From the NCBI GenBank assembly GCA_965205955.1, contig OZ242192.1, positions 1,477,118 to 1,541,117 of the forward strand: a DNA stretch of 64,000 bases. Reading direction: 5' to 3'. The notes under the pieces were generated by a model. It saw only the letters and a program-made list of their open reading frames with translations. It was not told where the DNA came from and did not search any database. The stretch's first letter is position 1. The number at the start of each line of letters is the position of its first letter. Shown here piece by piece: positions 32,897 to 43,079 of the stretch. A program made the translations under genes and the position numbers. This stretch comes from Gammaproteobacteria bacterium. GTDB taxonomy: Bacteria > Pseudomonadota > Gammaproteobacteria > Eutrophobiales > Eutrophobiaceae.

Positions 32897-33683
32897 ACCA
32901 AAGTTGCACCGCAAACCAAAGTGGTACCGCACACTTGCTCACAAGTTCGGCTACGACATTGTAAAGTTAGGAAAGCAGTTGTTGCTGGAATCTTACACCT
33001 TTCCCTTGGAATTTCATTTAAGAAATCTCTTTCCCATGCTCTCCGTTGATCTGGTGATTGATGTCGGCGCACACAAGGGCGAGTTTGCCCGGATGTTGCG
33101 ACACACGGGGTATCATGGCGAAATCATTTCATTTGAACCTGCCGAAAGCTCATTTGTCGAGCTGAGCCGGGAGACAAAAGACGATGTCAAATGGTCCGCG
33201 CACCGGTTGGCTTTGAGTGACCATGCGGGGGAAGCGGAACTTCACTTGTTAGGCAAGCCTGACAGCGATTTGAATTCGCTGCACTCGTTCAGTTCGTTTG
33301 GCGAGCATAAGTATCGGCACCGTAGTGGGTATCGTCGCCGTGTCGTCAGCACCGAAACGGTGTCTTTGGGCCGGCTGGATGAATTTCTCGCCCGGCATGT
33401 GCCGGATTTTGCCCGGCGCCGGGTCTTTCTCAAGATGGATACTCAGGGCCATAATCTTCGCGTATTTGCCGGTGCTGGCGACTACACCGGGTGTTTTTGC
33501 GGACTCGTGTCCGAAGTGTCGGTGATGCCGATATACAACGACATTCCCACCTACATGGAGAGCCTTGAGATCTACCGGCAGCACGGTTATGAAGTAACCG
33601 GGCTATACACGATTAGCCGAAACAGAAAGACCGGGCACATCGTTGAATTCGATTGTGTCATGGTGCCTAAGGTTGATGGGTGA
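32874..33683 (+). CDS. FkbM-family SAM-dependent methyltransferase.
   Basis: LVIDVGAHKGEFARML...SFEPAESSF...ALSDHAGEAELHL is typical of the FkbM family. It overlaps the 3' end of the hypF remnant ORF. Confidence 0.7.
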   Translation: MHPKLRIKPKLHRKPKWYRTLAHKFGYDIVKLGKQLLLESYTFPLEFHLRNLFPMLSVDLVIDVGAHKGEFARMLRHTGYHGEIISFEPAESSFVELSRETKDDVKWSAHRLALSDHAGEAELHLLGKPDSDLNSLHSFSSFGEHKYRHRSGYRRRVVSTETVSLGRLDEFLARHVPDFARRRVFLKMDTQGHNLRVFAGAGDYTGCFCGLVSEVSVMPIYNDIPTYMESLEIYRQHGYEVTGLYTISRNRKTGHIVEFDCVMVPKVDG

Positions 33684-33838
33684 GCGGGTTTCCCGCTCCA
33701 TTTACGCCTCGCGTGGGATCTTTTTGATTTGTTCAGGCCATAATAACTATAACTCATTGTAAATATTATGAAAAATCGAAGGAGATTGCTGTGGTTTCTC
33801 CTTGCTTGGCCGCAAGATGACGCCCAGCCCCCGCCGTA

Positions 33839-34342
33839 TTAATGACTCCGATGTTGTGAAAAAGCTATTTTATCGATCACCGCCAGCAATAATGCCGATA
33901 GTACAAAGGTGAGGTGGATAATCACGTACCATGTCAGTTGAGCGACGCTGTAATCGGGAACCCTCATAAAGACTTTCAACAGATGGATGGATGAGATCGC
34001 GATAATCGAGGCGGCCACCTTCAGCTTCAGGGTGTTCGCATCCAGTTTGCCCAGCCAGTCGAGATTGGTATCGTTTTCATCAATATCAATCCTGGAAACG
34101 AAATTTTCATAACTGCTGAACATCACCATCACGATCAGACTGCCTACCAGTACCATATCCACCAGCGACAGAATCGAAAGGATCAGGCTTGATTCGCCTA
34201 TTGCCATAATGGTGCTGAATACATGCCAGACTTCCTGGAAAAATTTAATGACGAGGGCGAACAGCATCAATGACAGGCCGAGATAGAGCGGCGCCAGCAG
34301 CCAGCGGCTTGCAAAAAGTGTTTTTTCGATAATGTGTCTCAT
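33839..34342 (-). CDS. yqhA: UPF0114/YqhA-family inner-membrane protein.
   Basis: 167 aa with 4 transmembrane segments and an [23 protein letters not shown]... N-terminus characteristic of YqhA. Confidence 0.65.
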   Translation of the reverse strand: MRHIIEKTLFASRWLLAPLYLGLSLMLFALVIKFFQEVWHVFSTIMAIGESSLILSILSLVDMVLVGSLIVMVMFSSYENFVSRIDIDENDTNLDWLGKLDANTLKLKVAASIIAISSIHLLKVFMRVPDYSVAQLTWYVIIHLTFVLSALLLAVIDKIAFSQHRSH

Positions 34343-34343
34343 T

Positions 34344-35474
34344 TCAGGCTACCAGCAGTTTTTCCAGCACGGTTTGATAAATTTTTGTCAGGGTTTGCAG
34401 TTCATCGATACTCGTGTACTCATTCGTTTTATGGATGGTGGCATTCACCGGGCCAAGCTCGATGACTTCGGCGCCGACAGGCGCGATGAATCGACCGTCG
34501 GATGTGCCGCCGCCGGTTGACTGTGCCGGTTCAAGATCGGCAACGGAGCGTATCGCGGAGCAGACTGCGCCGGTTAATTTGCCCGGTTTCGTCAGGAACG
34601 GACGGCCGGAAAGTTGCCAATCCAGTTCAAAGTTGAGCTTGTGCTCATGCAGAATGGCGGTTACTCGTTCCTGCAGGGTTTTTTCGGTTGATTCCGTACA
34701 ATAGCGGAAATTGAAAATCACATTCATTGTGCCGGGAATAATATTTTCCACGCCGGCTCCGGCATGGATATTGGAGATCTGGAATGAGGTGGGGGGGTAG
34801 TCGTGATTGCCTTCGTCCCAGTGTGTAGCGCAGAGCGCTTCAATAGCCGCACTCGCGCCATGAACAGGATTATTCGCAGTTTCAGGATAGGCAACATGGC
34901 CCTGTTTTCCAATAATAGTCAGTCTGCCCGTTAATGAGCCTCTTCTGCCGATTCGAATCTGGTCGCCGATCGTTTTATTGCTTGAGGGTTCGCCAACAAT
35001 GCACCAATCTATTTTGGTATTATGTTGCGTCAGATATTCAAGGACTCTTCTGGTGCCATGGACTGCCGCCCCTTCTTCATCGCTGGTCAGCAGGAATGCA
35101 ATCGATCCTTTGTGTTCCGGATATTGAGCTACAAATTTTTCAACGGCAACAATCATTGCGGCGATTCCGCCTTTCATGTCCGCGGCACCGCGGCCGTACA
35201 GCCTGTTATTTGCAATCCTGGCAATGAACGGGTCAGAACTCCAGGCTTGCAGCGGTCCGGGCGGAACAACGTCGGTATGCCCGGCAAAAACGAAAAGAGG
35301 GGCGTCATTTCCGCGTCTTGACCAGAGATTGTCGACATTATCATAGCGCAGGTGCTCGGAAGTAAAACCGGTATTGTTCAGGCGATTGGCAATCAGCGGT
35401 TGGCAGCCTCCGTCGCTGGGGGTGACGGATTCACGCTCAATCAATTCTGCCGCCAATTCGATTGTGCCGTTCAC
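34344..35474 (-). CDS. dapE: Succinyl-diaminopimelate desuccinylase.
   Basis: 376 aa in the M20 peptidase family, with [19 protein letters not shown]... and [16 protein letters not shown] motifs. Confidence 0.85.
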   Translation of the reverse strand: MNGTIELAAELIERESVTPSDGGCQPLIANRLNNTGFTSEHLRYDNVDNLWSRRGNDAPLFVFAGHTDVVPPGPLQAWSSDPFIARIANNRLYGRGAADMKGGIAAMIVAVEKFVAQYPEHKGSIAFLLTSDEEGAAVHGTRRVLEYLTQHNTKIDWCIVGEPSSNKTIGDQIRIGRRGSLTGRLTIIGKQGHVAYPETANNPVHGASAAIEALCATHWDEGNHDYPPTSFQISNIHAGAGVENIIPGTMNVIFNFRYCTESTEKTLQERVTAILHEHKLNFELDWQLSGRPFLTKPGKLTGAVCSAIRSVADLEPAQSTGGGTSDGRFIAPVGAEVIELGPVNATIHKTNEYTSIDELQTLTKIYQTVLEKLLVA

Positions 35475-35556
35475 TGGTAGTTACCGATGATGGTTTTCGG
35501 GGTTTGACCTTGCCGAATGATCAACTGTGGTTTTAATTCAGAGGCGCTACTGTTTT

Positions 35557-36384
35557 TCAGGAGAGTCGAAACAGGATAAAAGACAGGTCATCCGGTTTAT
35601 GCGGCTGTTCCGGGAACCTGTTGTACATGCGCAGTTTCGCCTTTTCTACAAGCCGGTAGGCACAATTGGCTAAATTTCCATGCCGGATTATCCCGATAAT
35701 TTCCTTTTTGAACAGGTTATCGAACAGACCGTCACTACCGAGCAGCAAGGTATCATACCGGGCCAGATAATAAGGCCGCCCTAATTGCAGATTCATATCT
35801 GTAAGCCCTACCGCATTGGAGATGAGATGGCGCTTGCTATGAAACATCGCCATGTTTTCGTCAATCAGTCCGCGTTCCAATGCATCGCCTATCGGAGAAT
35901 GTACCGCGGTGCGCAATTTCATTTTTCCACGCTGACCGGTTACTATAATTTCGGAATCGCCGGCATGATAAGTCTTTACTTTTTGCCCCTCCAGTTCCAC
36001 TACCGCAATAGTGGTTGCGGCATTATTGTACTCAGTCATTATTCTATCATGTGCAATTGAGATGCCTTCCATAATGCCGTTGATTACCAATTCATTATTT
36101 TCTATGCTGTTTCTGGTATTTCTCGCGATTTCATTCACCGTGATTGATGCGGCTTCTTTGCCATTCGTATGTCCGCCCAGTCCATCTGCAACAACCAGCA
36201 CGGCTTGCGTATCACTAATCGGGATAATCGCCGCGGCATCTTCATTATCGGTATTTTTTATCGGTGATTTTGCTGAATAGATAATGCAACAACCGTTGGC
36301 CAGAGTTTTTTCAATACATTCTCCAGAGTTATGCCGGGTCAATATGATGGGCTGGTTATTTTGAGCATGGGTAGCCGTATGCAT
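35557..36384 (-). CDS. PP2C-family Ser/Thr protein phosphatase.
   Basis: ADGLGGHTNGKEAASITV and DSEIIVTGQ...LGSDGLFD metal-binding motifs are present. Confidence 0.8.
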   Translation of the reverse strand: MHTATHAQNNQPIILTRHNSGECIEKTLANGCCIIYSAKSPIKNTDNEDAAAIIPISDTQAVLVVADGLGGHTNGKEAASITVNEIARNTRNSIENNELVINGIMEGISIAHDRIMTEYNNAATTIAVVELEGQKVKTYHAGDSEIIVTGQRGKMKLRTAVHSPIGDALERGLIDENMAMFHSKRHLISNAVGLTDMNLQLGRPYYLARYDTLLLGSDGLFDNLFKKEIIGIIRHGNLANCAYRLVEKAKLRMYNRFPEQPHKPDDLSFILFRLS

Positions 36385-36572
36385 AGTGTAAGTATAGTAC
36401 TAATACACGCGCGGTTCAAAATAAACGGGTGAAAACATTACCAGCACTTCTCCCACTTTCCGGCGGTTGTTGGCAGTACAGCTAATGGTTCTGCCAGGCG
36501 TCGGCCTTTGCCCAGTCTCCTGAATATCCGTTCAACCAGCTTATATTTGCCGCCCGGCCATTTCAAAAGGGT

Positions 36573-36845
36573 CTATGAGCCTTCATCCGGACTCCTGGCA
36601 TCGATCTTCAACGCATGTATATCGGATTTCAGTAAATCATCTACCGCTTTATAAACCATGCGATGTCTTTCTATCAATGATTTATCGATAAACTCTTTTG
36701 AAATGATAGCAATGCTGAAATGACCGCCGCCGCTTTCGGCGCCCGGGTGGCCAATATGGCGCTCGGATTCGTCGATAATATCGAGCCTGGACGGGTGCAG
36801 GGCCTGTTCAAGCTGCCGGCGAATACGCTCAATCCGTTCGGCCAC
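36573..36845 (-). CDS. BolA-family protein.
   Basis: ...[32 protein letters not shown]...[10 protein letters not shown] matches the BolA fold motif. A GTG start at 36845 overlaps yciI's last codons. The longer ORF to 36950 has an N-terminus unlike BolA. Confidence 0.55.
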   Translation of the reverse strand: MAERIERIRRQLEQALHPSRLDIIDESERHIGHPGAESGGGHFSIAIISKEFIDKSLIERHRMVYKAVDDLLKSDIHALKIDARSPDEGS

Positions 36846-37143
36846 TGGGCAATACCCTTTTAAAGGGTTTGACGGTGATGTTTTTATAAACGCCGGCGCT
36901 ACGATAAGGATCAGCATCGGCCCATTCCTGCGCAGCCTCCAATGATGCAAATTCAGCCACGATTAAACTGCCGGTGAACCCCGCCGGGCCCGGATCTTCG
37001 CTGTCAATTTTTGGATGAGGGCCGGCCAATAGCAGCCTGCCTTCATCCTGCAAGGCTTCCAGCCGCATAACATGTTGGTCTCTGGCACTTTTCCTCTTCT
37101 CCAGACTGTCTTCGACATCCTCTCCGATTATTGCATAAAACAT
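36829..37143 (-). CDS. yciI: YciI-like protein.
   Basis: 104 aa, [42 protein letters not shown]... Its position next to yciB is conserved. Confidence 0.7.
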   Translation of the reverse strand: MFYAIIGEDVEDSLEKRKSARDQHVMRLEALQDEGRLLLAGPHPKIDSEDPGPAGFTGSLIVAEFASLEAAQEWADADPYRSAGVYKNITVKPFKRVLPSGRTD

Positions 37144-37171
37144 TACTTTACTCCCCGCTCTTTAATTACTA

Positions 37172-37732
37172 TTATCTTTCTTCCAGTTCGCTGATGTATC
37201 TGGACAGATAAACCGCTTGTATAATTCCAAACAACAAAGTCAGTCCCAGCATACCGAATAATTTAAAATTCACCCAGACATGTTCGGCAAAGTTGAATGC
37301 GACATATAAATTCGCCCCTCCCATGGATAAAAAAAACAGTATCCAGCCCCGGTTCAAATTCACCCAGGCCTGCGCCGGTATTTTGATGGCGTGTTCCATA
37401 ATGCGCTGCACCAGATTTTTGTTGCCAATAAATTCACTGGCCAGGAAGGCAAGGGCGAATAGCCAGTTTACGACAGTGGGCTTCCACATGAAAAAACGCT
37501 TATCCTGAGTGAAGAGCGTGATTCCGCCAAGAATGAGAATAATGACCAATGTGGCAAGATGCATTTTTTCGACACGGCGATAAAGCAGCCAATATGCCGA
37601 TACCTGTATGATGACCGCTATGATGGTGACAGCCGTCGCGAAAAACATGCGCTGCGCCAAATCGTCCGGGATATAATAGGCAACGAAAAAAGCAACCACC
37701 GGGAAGAAATCAAATAAAAATTTCATTAGCAT
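37172..37732 (-). CDS. yciB: Intracellular septation protein A.
   Basis: 186 aa with 5 transmembrane segments, (ML)MKFLFDFFPVVAFFVAYY... The start may be 6 nt downstream, at 37726. Confidence 0.8.
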   Translation of the reverse strand: MLMKFLFDFFPVVAFFVAYYIPDDLAQRMFFATAVTIIAVIIQVSAYWLLYRRVEKMHLATLVIILILGGITLFTQDKRFFMWKPTVVNWLFALAFLASEFIGNKNLVQRIMEHAIKIPAQAWVNLNRGWILFFLSMGGANLYVAFNFAEHVWVNFKLFGMLGLTLLFGIIQAVYLSRYISELEER

Positions 37733-37988
37733 TCAAATTTTAGATGGAATGTTATTATAGCTAAAGTAAGGATGAACTCACAACCCGGCCTGGCGGCATC
37801 CATCCCGGCAATTTTCAGCCGCCGCATTGGATGTGTCCAGGCTTGAGAGCTATGCCGGGCACTGTCAAGATTGGGTTATTCCTGTTCTGGTCAAGCGTAT
37901 CACAAGAGTATAGTACGCAATTTAAATGGAGGTATGTATAATATATATGCTAAATAGTACCACTCAGCTTCTTCTGGAGGATTGATGA

Positions 37989-39206
37989 TTGCCTGCTTCC
38001 GGTAATCGGCGAGTACTGTCCGGCATGCGGCCGACAGGTGAACTCCATCTTGGTCATTATCATGGGGTTCTTAAAAACTGGCTTGATTTGCAACATGAAT
38101 ATGAGTGCTTCTTTTTCGTGGCCGATTGGCATGCATTGACCACCGAATATGAAGATACTTCGATTATTTCCGACAGTGTCTGGAAAATGATAATCAATTG
38201 GCTTGCAGTGGGAATCGATCCGGGTTCCGCCAAGTTGTTTATTCAATCCAGAGTGCCGGAGCACGCTGAATTGTATTTGTTGCTGTCAATGTGCACCCCG
38301 TTAAGCTGGCTGGAGCGGGTCCCCAGCTACAAGGAGCAGCAGGAAAATCTGAATCACAAGGACCTCGCCACTCATGGGTTTCTCGGCTATCCCTTGCTGC
38401 AAACCGCTGATATTATCATCTATAAGGCGGGTTTTGTTCCGGTTGGGGATGACCAGGTTGCTCATGTCGAACTTGCCCGCGAAGTTGCCCGGCGTTTCAA
38501 TTACATCTACGGACGCGAAGCCGGATTTGAAGAAAAGGCGGAGTCGGCGGCGAAAAAGATGGGCAAAAAAAATAACAGGATTTACCATGAATTGCGCCGC
38601 AGCTTCCAGGAACAAGGCGATGCTCAGGCATTGGAAAAGGCCCGCGCCTTGCTGGAATCCCAGAAAAACATCAGTATCGGCGACCGTGAGCGTTTATATG
38701 GCTATCTTGAAGGCGGCGGTAAAGTCATATTTCCCGAACCGCAGGCATTATTGACCTCTGCCTCTAAAATGACCGGACTAGACGGACAGAAGATGTCAAA
38801 ATCCTATAACAACACGATTTCGCTGTGCGAAAATCCCGGTGTTATCGAACAAAAATTAAAAACCATGCCCACCGACCCGGCTCGGATCCATCTCACCGAT
38901 CCCGGCGACCCGGATAAATGTCCGGTTTGGAGCCTGCATCAGATTTATTCCAATGATGAGGTGAAATCTCACGTGCGCGAGGGCTGCACTTCCGCGAAGA
39001 TTGGCTGCCTGGATTGTAAAGGGCATATTGTCGATGCAGTGTTGAAGGAACAGGGGGAAATTCGGGCGAGGGCCAAAGACTATCAGGACGATCCGGAGAC
39101 GGTAAAAGGGATTATCGATGAAGGCTGTGAGGTAGCCCGGGAGGTTGCCCGAGAAACGCTGGAAGAGGTGAGACGGGTAATGGGACTGGAATACCGTTAT
39201 AAATAG
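37989..39206 (+). CDS. trpS: Tryptophanyl-tRNA synthetase.
   Basis: TTG start 9 nt after GGAGG, immediately after an in-frame TGA. Motifs ...VLSGMRPTGELHLGHYHGV... and KMSKS are present. Confidence 0.9.
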   Translation: MPASGNRRVLSGMRPTGELHLGHYHGVLKNWLDLQHEYECFFFVADWHALTTEYEDTSIISDSVWKMIINWLAVGIDPGSAKLFIQSRVPEHAELYLLLSMCTPLSWLERVPSYKEQQENLNHKDLATHGFLGYPLLQTADIIIYKAGFVPVGDDQVAHVELAREVARRFNYIYGREAGFEEKAESAAKKMGKKNNRIYHELRRSFQEQGDAQALEKARALLESQKNISIGDRERLYGYLEGGGKVIFPEPQALLTSASKMTGLDGQKMSKSYNNTISLCENPGVIEQKLKTMPTDPARIHLTDPGDPDKCPVWSLHQIYSNDEVKSHVREGCTSAKIGCLDCKGHIVDAVLKEQGEIRARAKDYQDDPETVKGIIDEGCEVAREVARETLEEVRRVMGLEYRYK

Positions 39207-39207
39207 A

Positions 39208-40041
39208 TTGCCACCGGTAATGAATACACCCGTTTCGGAAAATACGCCAGCCTTGGGCCAATCTGAGCAAGGCGCGATGCCTGTTGCCTTGGTCCAGGGC
39301 ACCCCATTGACGCAAGCGCCGAGAGATCTCTACATCCCCCCCGATGCCTTGAATGTGTTTCTGGAAGAATTTGAAGGGCCGCTCGATCTGCTGCTGTATT
39401 TAGTCAAGCGGGCGAATATTGATATTTTGAATATCCCGGTTGCTCATATTACCGCGCAGTACATGAGGTATATTGAATTGATGGAAGAGTTGCAGATTGA
39501 ACTGGCGGGTGAATATCTGGTAATGGCGGCGATGTTGACCGAGATAAAGTCCAGAATGCTGCTTCCCAATTTGGAAGAAAGCGGCGACGAAGAGGACCCT
39601 CGCGCCGAGTTAGTCAGACGGATACAGGAATATGAGCGCTATAAACAGGTTACGGAGGATCTGGATGCATTGCCGCGCTGTGAACGCGATATTTTCGCGG
39701 CGGTAATCGAATTTCCGAATAAAAAGCCGCCGCAAAAAATGCCGGACGTTTCACTCGATGCGCTTTTGTGCGCCTATGCCGGGGTTTTGAATCGGGCGGA
39801 GATGTATGCGCACCATCACATACAAAGAGAGCCACTTTCGGTGCGGGAGCGAATGACACATATTCTGGAAAAGATCGATACCGCGTCTTTCGTGGATTTT
39901 AAATACTGCTTCGAAGCAAAAGAGGGGCGGGCGGGTGTGATCGTTGCGTTTCTGGCGATTCTGGAATTGCTGAGAGACCGCCTGATCGAAATGGCACAGA
40001 ATGAAAGCAATGGCCCCATCTATATCAAGGCGGCGGGATGA
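39208..40041 (+). CDS. scpA: Segregation and condensation protein A.
   Basis: ...FEGPLDLLLYLVKRANIDILNIPVAHITAQY... is conserved ScpA. The true start may be internal. Confidence 0.8.
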   Translation: MPPVMNTPVSENTPALGQSEQGAMPVALVQGTPLTQAPRDLYIPPDALNVFLEEFEGPLDLLLYLVKRANIDILNIPVAHITAQYMRYIELMEELQIELAGEYLVMAAMLTEIKSRMLLPNLEESGDEEDPRAELVRRIQEYERYKQVTEDLDALPRCERDIFAAVIEFPNKKPPQKMPDVSLDALLCAYAGVLNRAEMYAHHHIQREPLSVRERMTHILEKIDTASFVDFKYCFEAKEGRAGVIVAFLAILELLRDRLIEMAQNESNGPIYIKAAG

Positions 40042-40736
40042 ACCGGGAAAAATTGAAAAATATTATCGAGGCGGCACTGATGGTAGCGCATCAGCCACTG
40101 AATTTGCATCGAATACAGGAACTGTTTGAAAATGAGCAGGAAAGGCCGGGGAGTTCCGATATACGCGCTGCGATAGAGCAACTGCAACAGGAATACGACG
40201 GGCGCGGCATTGAATTGAAAGAGATCGCCAGCGGGTTCCGCATCCAGGCAAAGGTCGAATATTGTGGATGGCTTAACAGGCTGTTCGAGGAAAAGTCGCC
40301 GCGCTATTCCAGAGCGCTGATTGAAACGCTCGCGATTATTGTCTATCGCCAACCCATTACGCGCGGTGAGATAGAAAATATACGCGGAGTCGGTGTCAGC
40401 TCCGCCATTATAAAAACACTGCATGAAAGAAAATGGATCAAGGTGGTCGGTCATCGGGATATTCCCGGAAAACCCGAATTACTGGCCACTACCAGGCAAT
40501 TTCTGGATTATTTCAATCTTAAAAAACTGACTGAATTGCCGGTTTTGGCTGAAAGCAAGGATGCCAGCAATATCGATGCAGATCTGTTTGAATATCCTCC
40601 AGAGGAGGCGGCAGATAAAACCGGGCTGCCAAACCCGGAAGAAAATAAAAAAGTTTTAACCAGCGATGATTCCGCCGGAAACGGCGAACCGTTACAGCCC
40701 TCCGCTGAGGTCAAAACTATCCCGTTGGCCAATTAG
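40038..40736 (+). CDS. scpB: Segregation and condensation protein B.
   Basis: MNREKLKNIIEAALMVAHQPL... An ATGA overlap with scpA is present. Confidence 0.8.
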   Translation: MNREKLKNIIEAALMVAHQPLNLHRIQELFENEQERPGSSDIRAAIEQLQQEYDGRGIELKEIASGFRIQAKVEYCGWLNRLFEEKSPRYSRALIETLAIIVYRQPITRGEIENIRGVGVSSAIIKTLHERKWIKVVGHRDIPGKPELLATTRQFLDYFNLKKLTELPVLAESKDASNIDADLFEYPPEEAADKTGLPNPEENKKVLTSDDSAGNGEPLQPSAEVKTIPLAN

Positions 40737-40766
40737 ACTAGCTCTGTTTTTGAGCGTCACGCAATA

Positions 40767-41507
40767 ATGCCCCAAAGAATTCAAAAGCTGCTGGCGCAAA
40801 TGGGCTGTGGTTCCAGACGGGAAATCGAAACATGGATCCGTGCCGGCAGGATCCAGGTCAATGGCCGGCCTGCCAAAATTGGCGAGCGGATCGATGCAGA
40901 TGACCGCATAAGCCTGGATAAAAAGCCGGTTCACCTCAATAACGGCAGCAAGGTAAAAAATCGTATCCTGGCCTATTACAAACCGGGGGGCCTGATATGT
41001 ACCTCCCGTGACCCTGAGGGCCGGGAGACGGTGTTTGAGCATTTGCCCGCCTTGAAAAAACAGCGCTGGATCAGCGTGGGCCGGCTGGATATCAATACCA
41101 GTGGCTTGATGCTGTTTAGCAATAATGGCGATTGGGCGCATTATTTAATGCATCCTTCCAGCAATATTGAGAGAGAATATGCGGTGCGCGTCCTGGGCGA
41201 AGTGGGAGAAAAACACCTGAGCAATCTCCGTGCCGGGATCATGCTGGACGGCAGATTGACGCGCTGTACAGATATTGTAGATTCAGAAGGAAAGGCGGCC
41301 AATCGATGGTTCCATATGACCATAACCGAGGGCCGCAACCGGGAAGTGCGGCGGATGTGGCAGTCGCAGGGCTTCAAAGTAAGCCGGTTGATCCGGGTGC
41401 GCTATGGCAGTTATATCCTGCCCAGAAACAAAAAACCGGGTGATTACTGGGATCTGACGGATAAGGAAATCGATCAATTGACAGCTTTCGTCAAAGCGAG
41501 CGTATAA
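40767..41507 (+). CDS. rluB: 23S rRNA pseudouridine synthase RluB.
   Basis: S4 domain followed by an RsuA-family catalytic domain (RLDINTSGLMLFSNNGDWA). Confidence 0.85.
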   Translation: MPQRIQKLLAQMGCGSRREIETWIRAGRIQVNGRPAKIGERIDADDRISLDKKPVHLNNGSKVKNRILAYYKPGGLICTSRDPEGRETVFEHLPALKKQRWISVGRLDINTSGLMLFSNNGDWAHYLMHPSSNIEREYAVRVLGEVGEKHLSNLRAGIMLDGRLTRCTDIVDSEGKAANRWFHMTITEGRNREVRRMWQSQGFKVSRLIRVRYGSYILPRNKKPGDYWDLTDKEIDQLTAFVKASV

Positions 41508-41508
41508 C

Positions 41509-42174
41509 ATGCCGGAGCTCTCATCGAGAAATTTATTGCTGCTGTACAACCGGCTATACAGCGCCTATGGCCCGCAGCATTGGTGGCCGGCCGAGTCCGG
41601 ATTCGAGGTAATGATCGGATCGATCCTGGTTCAAAACACAGCCTGGAAAAACGTTGAACAGGCGATCCAAAATCTCAAACAAGCTGAATGTCTCTCTGAA
41701 AAAAGGCTGGCCGAATTACCCGATACCGAATTAGCCGAATTGATCCGGCCATCCGGTCACTTCAACATCAAGACAAAACGCCTGAAAAATTTTCTTCACA
41801 CCTACCGACTTATGGGAGGGTTTGAAGGATTGCAATCCTTTGGCACCAATAAATTAAGGCAGATCCTGCTGGATATAAACGGAATTGGGCCGGAAACCGC
41901 CGACGATATACTGCTGTACTCCTTCAACAGGCCAGTATTTGTGATCGATGCCTGTACCCGCAGATTATTCAGCCGCCTCGATTTAATTGCCGGAGACGAA
42001 CCGTATGAGACATTGCGGGCATCGGTGGAGCAGGCATTGGGGGCGGACACAGAGGTATATAATGAATACCATGCCCTGGTAGTCAGACATGCCAAGGAAA
42101 AATGCGCACTCGGAGCGGATTGCCAGCATTGCCGCATTGAAATGCCGCTGATTGAACTACGGCAAACGGGCTGA
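41509..42174 (+). CDS. Endonuclease III-related HhH-GPD base-excision repair protein.
   Basis: HhH-GPD fold motifs are present (...LDINGIGPETADDILLYSF..VFVIDACTRR...). Confidence 0.7.
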   Translation: MPELSSRNLLLLYNRLYSAYGPQHWWPAESGFEVMIGSILVQNTAWKNVEQAIQNLKQAECLSEKRLAELPDTELAELIRPSGHFNIKTKRLKNFLHTYRLMGGFEGLQSFGTNKLRQILLDINGIGPETADDILLYSFNRPVFVIDACTRRLFSRLDLIAGDEPYETLRASVEQALGADTEVYNEYHALVVRHAKEKCALGADCQHCRIEMPLIELRQTG

Positions 42175-42286
42175 TCGAGCGAGCATATTCATGCAGGGTT
42201 ACAGGTTAATTTTACTGTATTGACTTGATTTCAAGTCTGTTATCCTTAGCCTATACAAGACTTTTTATAGAGCAGGTTCCGATTAG

Positions 42287-43051
42287 ATGTCCCCACGACA
42301 AGCACTGGTAGCCGCAAACTGGAAGATGCATGGCTCACTGGAAACCATACGGCCATTGGTAAATGGCATTGTTCGAGGTTGGAACGATGCGACAAAGGCG
42401 CAAGTCGTCCTCTGTCCGCCATTTCCCTATTTGCAGGAGGTATCGGACTGCCTGACCGGTAGCAGTATATCTCTGGGGGCACAGGATATATCGGCGCATA
42501 GTGAAGGAGCTTATACCGGCGATGTGGCCGGCTCGATGCTCCGGGACTATCGATGTGAAATGGTCATAGTCGGGCATTCGGAACGGAGAAGAGATAACGC
42601 CGATACCGATGAGCGTGTTGCGCAAAAATTCGCCTCGGCGGTTACATCGGCATTGACGCCGGTACTGTGCGTCGGTGAATCCCTGGAGGAAAGGCAGGCA
42701 GGCGATACCGAGCAGGTGATTGCCCGCCAACTCGATGCGGTCTTGAATGCAAACCGGATCAACGCCTTCGAAAATGCCGTGATCGCCTATGAACCCGTGT
42801 GGGCCATAGGCACAGGCGCCACGGCAGCGCCCGAGCAGGCGCAGGAAGCGCATGCCTTCATTCGCTTATGCCTGGCAAGGCACGATAATACTATTGCAAA
42901 TAAAATCCGCATTCTTTATGGTGGTAGTGTAAAGGCGGACAACGCTGCGGAATTATTTAAAATGGCGGATATAGACGGTGGTTTGATTGGCGGCGCATCA
43001 TTGCTGATCGATGACTTCCTGAGCATCTGTCATTCAATACAGGGCAAATAA
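42287..43051 (+). CDS. tpiA: Triosephosphate isomerase.
   Basis: ...ALVAANWKMHGS...VIVGHSERR...AYEPVWAIGTG... Confidence 0.9.
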   Translation: MSPRQALVAANWKMHGSLETIRPLVNGIVRGWNDATKAQVVLCPPFPYLQEVSDCLTGSSISLGAQDISAHSEGAYTGDVAGSMLRDYRCEMVIVGHSERRRDNADTDERVAQKFASAVTSALTPVLCVGESLEERQAGDTEQVIARQLDAVLNANRINAFENAVIAYEPVWAIGTGATAAPEQAQEAHAFIRLCLARHDNTIANKIRILYGGSVKADNAAELFKMADIDGGLIGGASLLIDDFLSICHSIQGK

Positions 43052-43079
43052 AATAGACACATTTCAGACAGTATTATTT

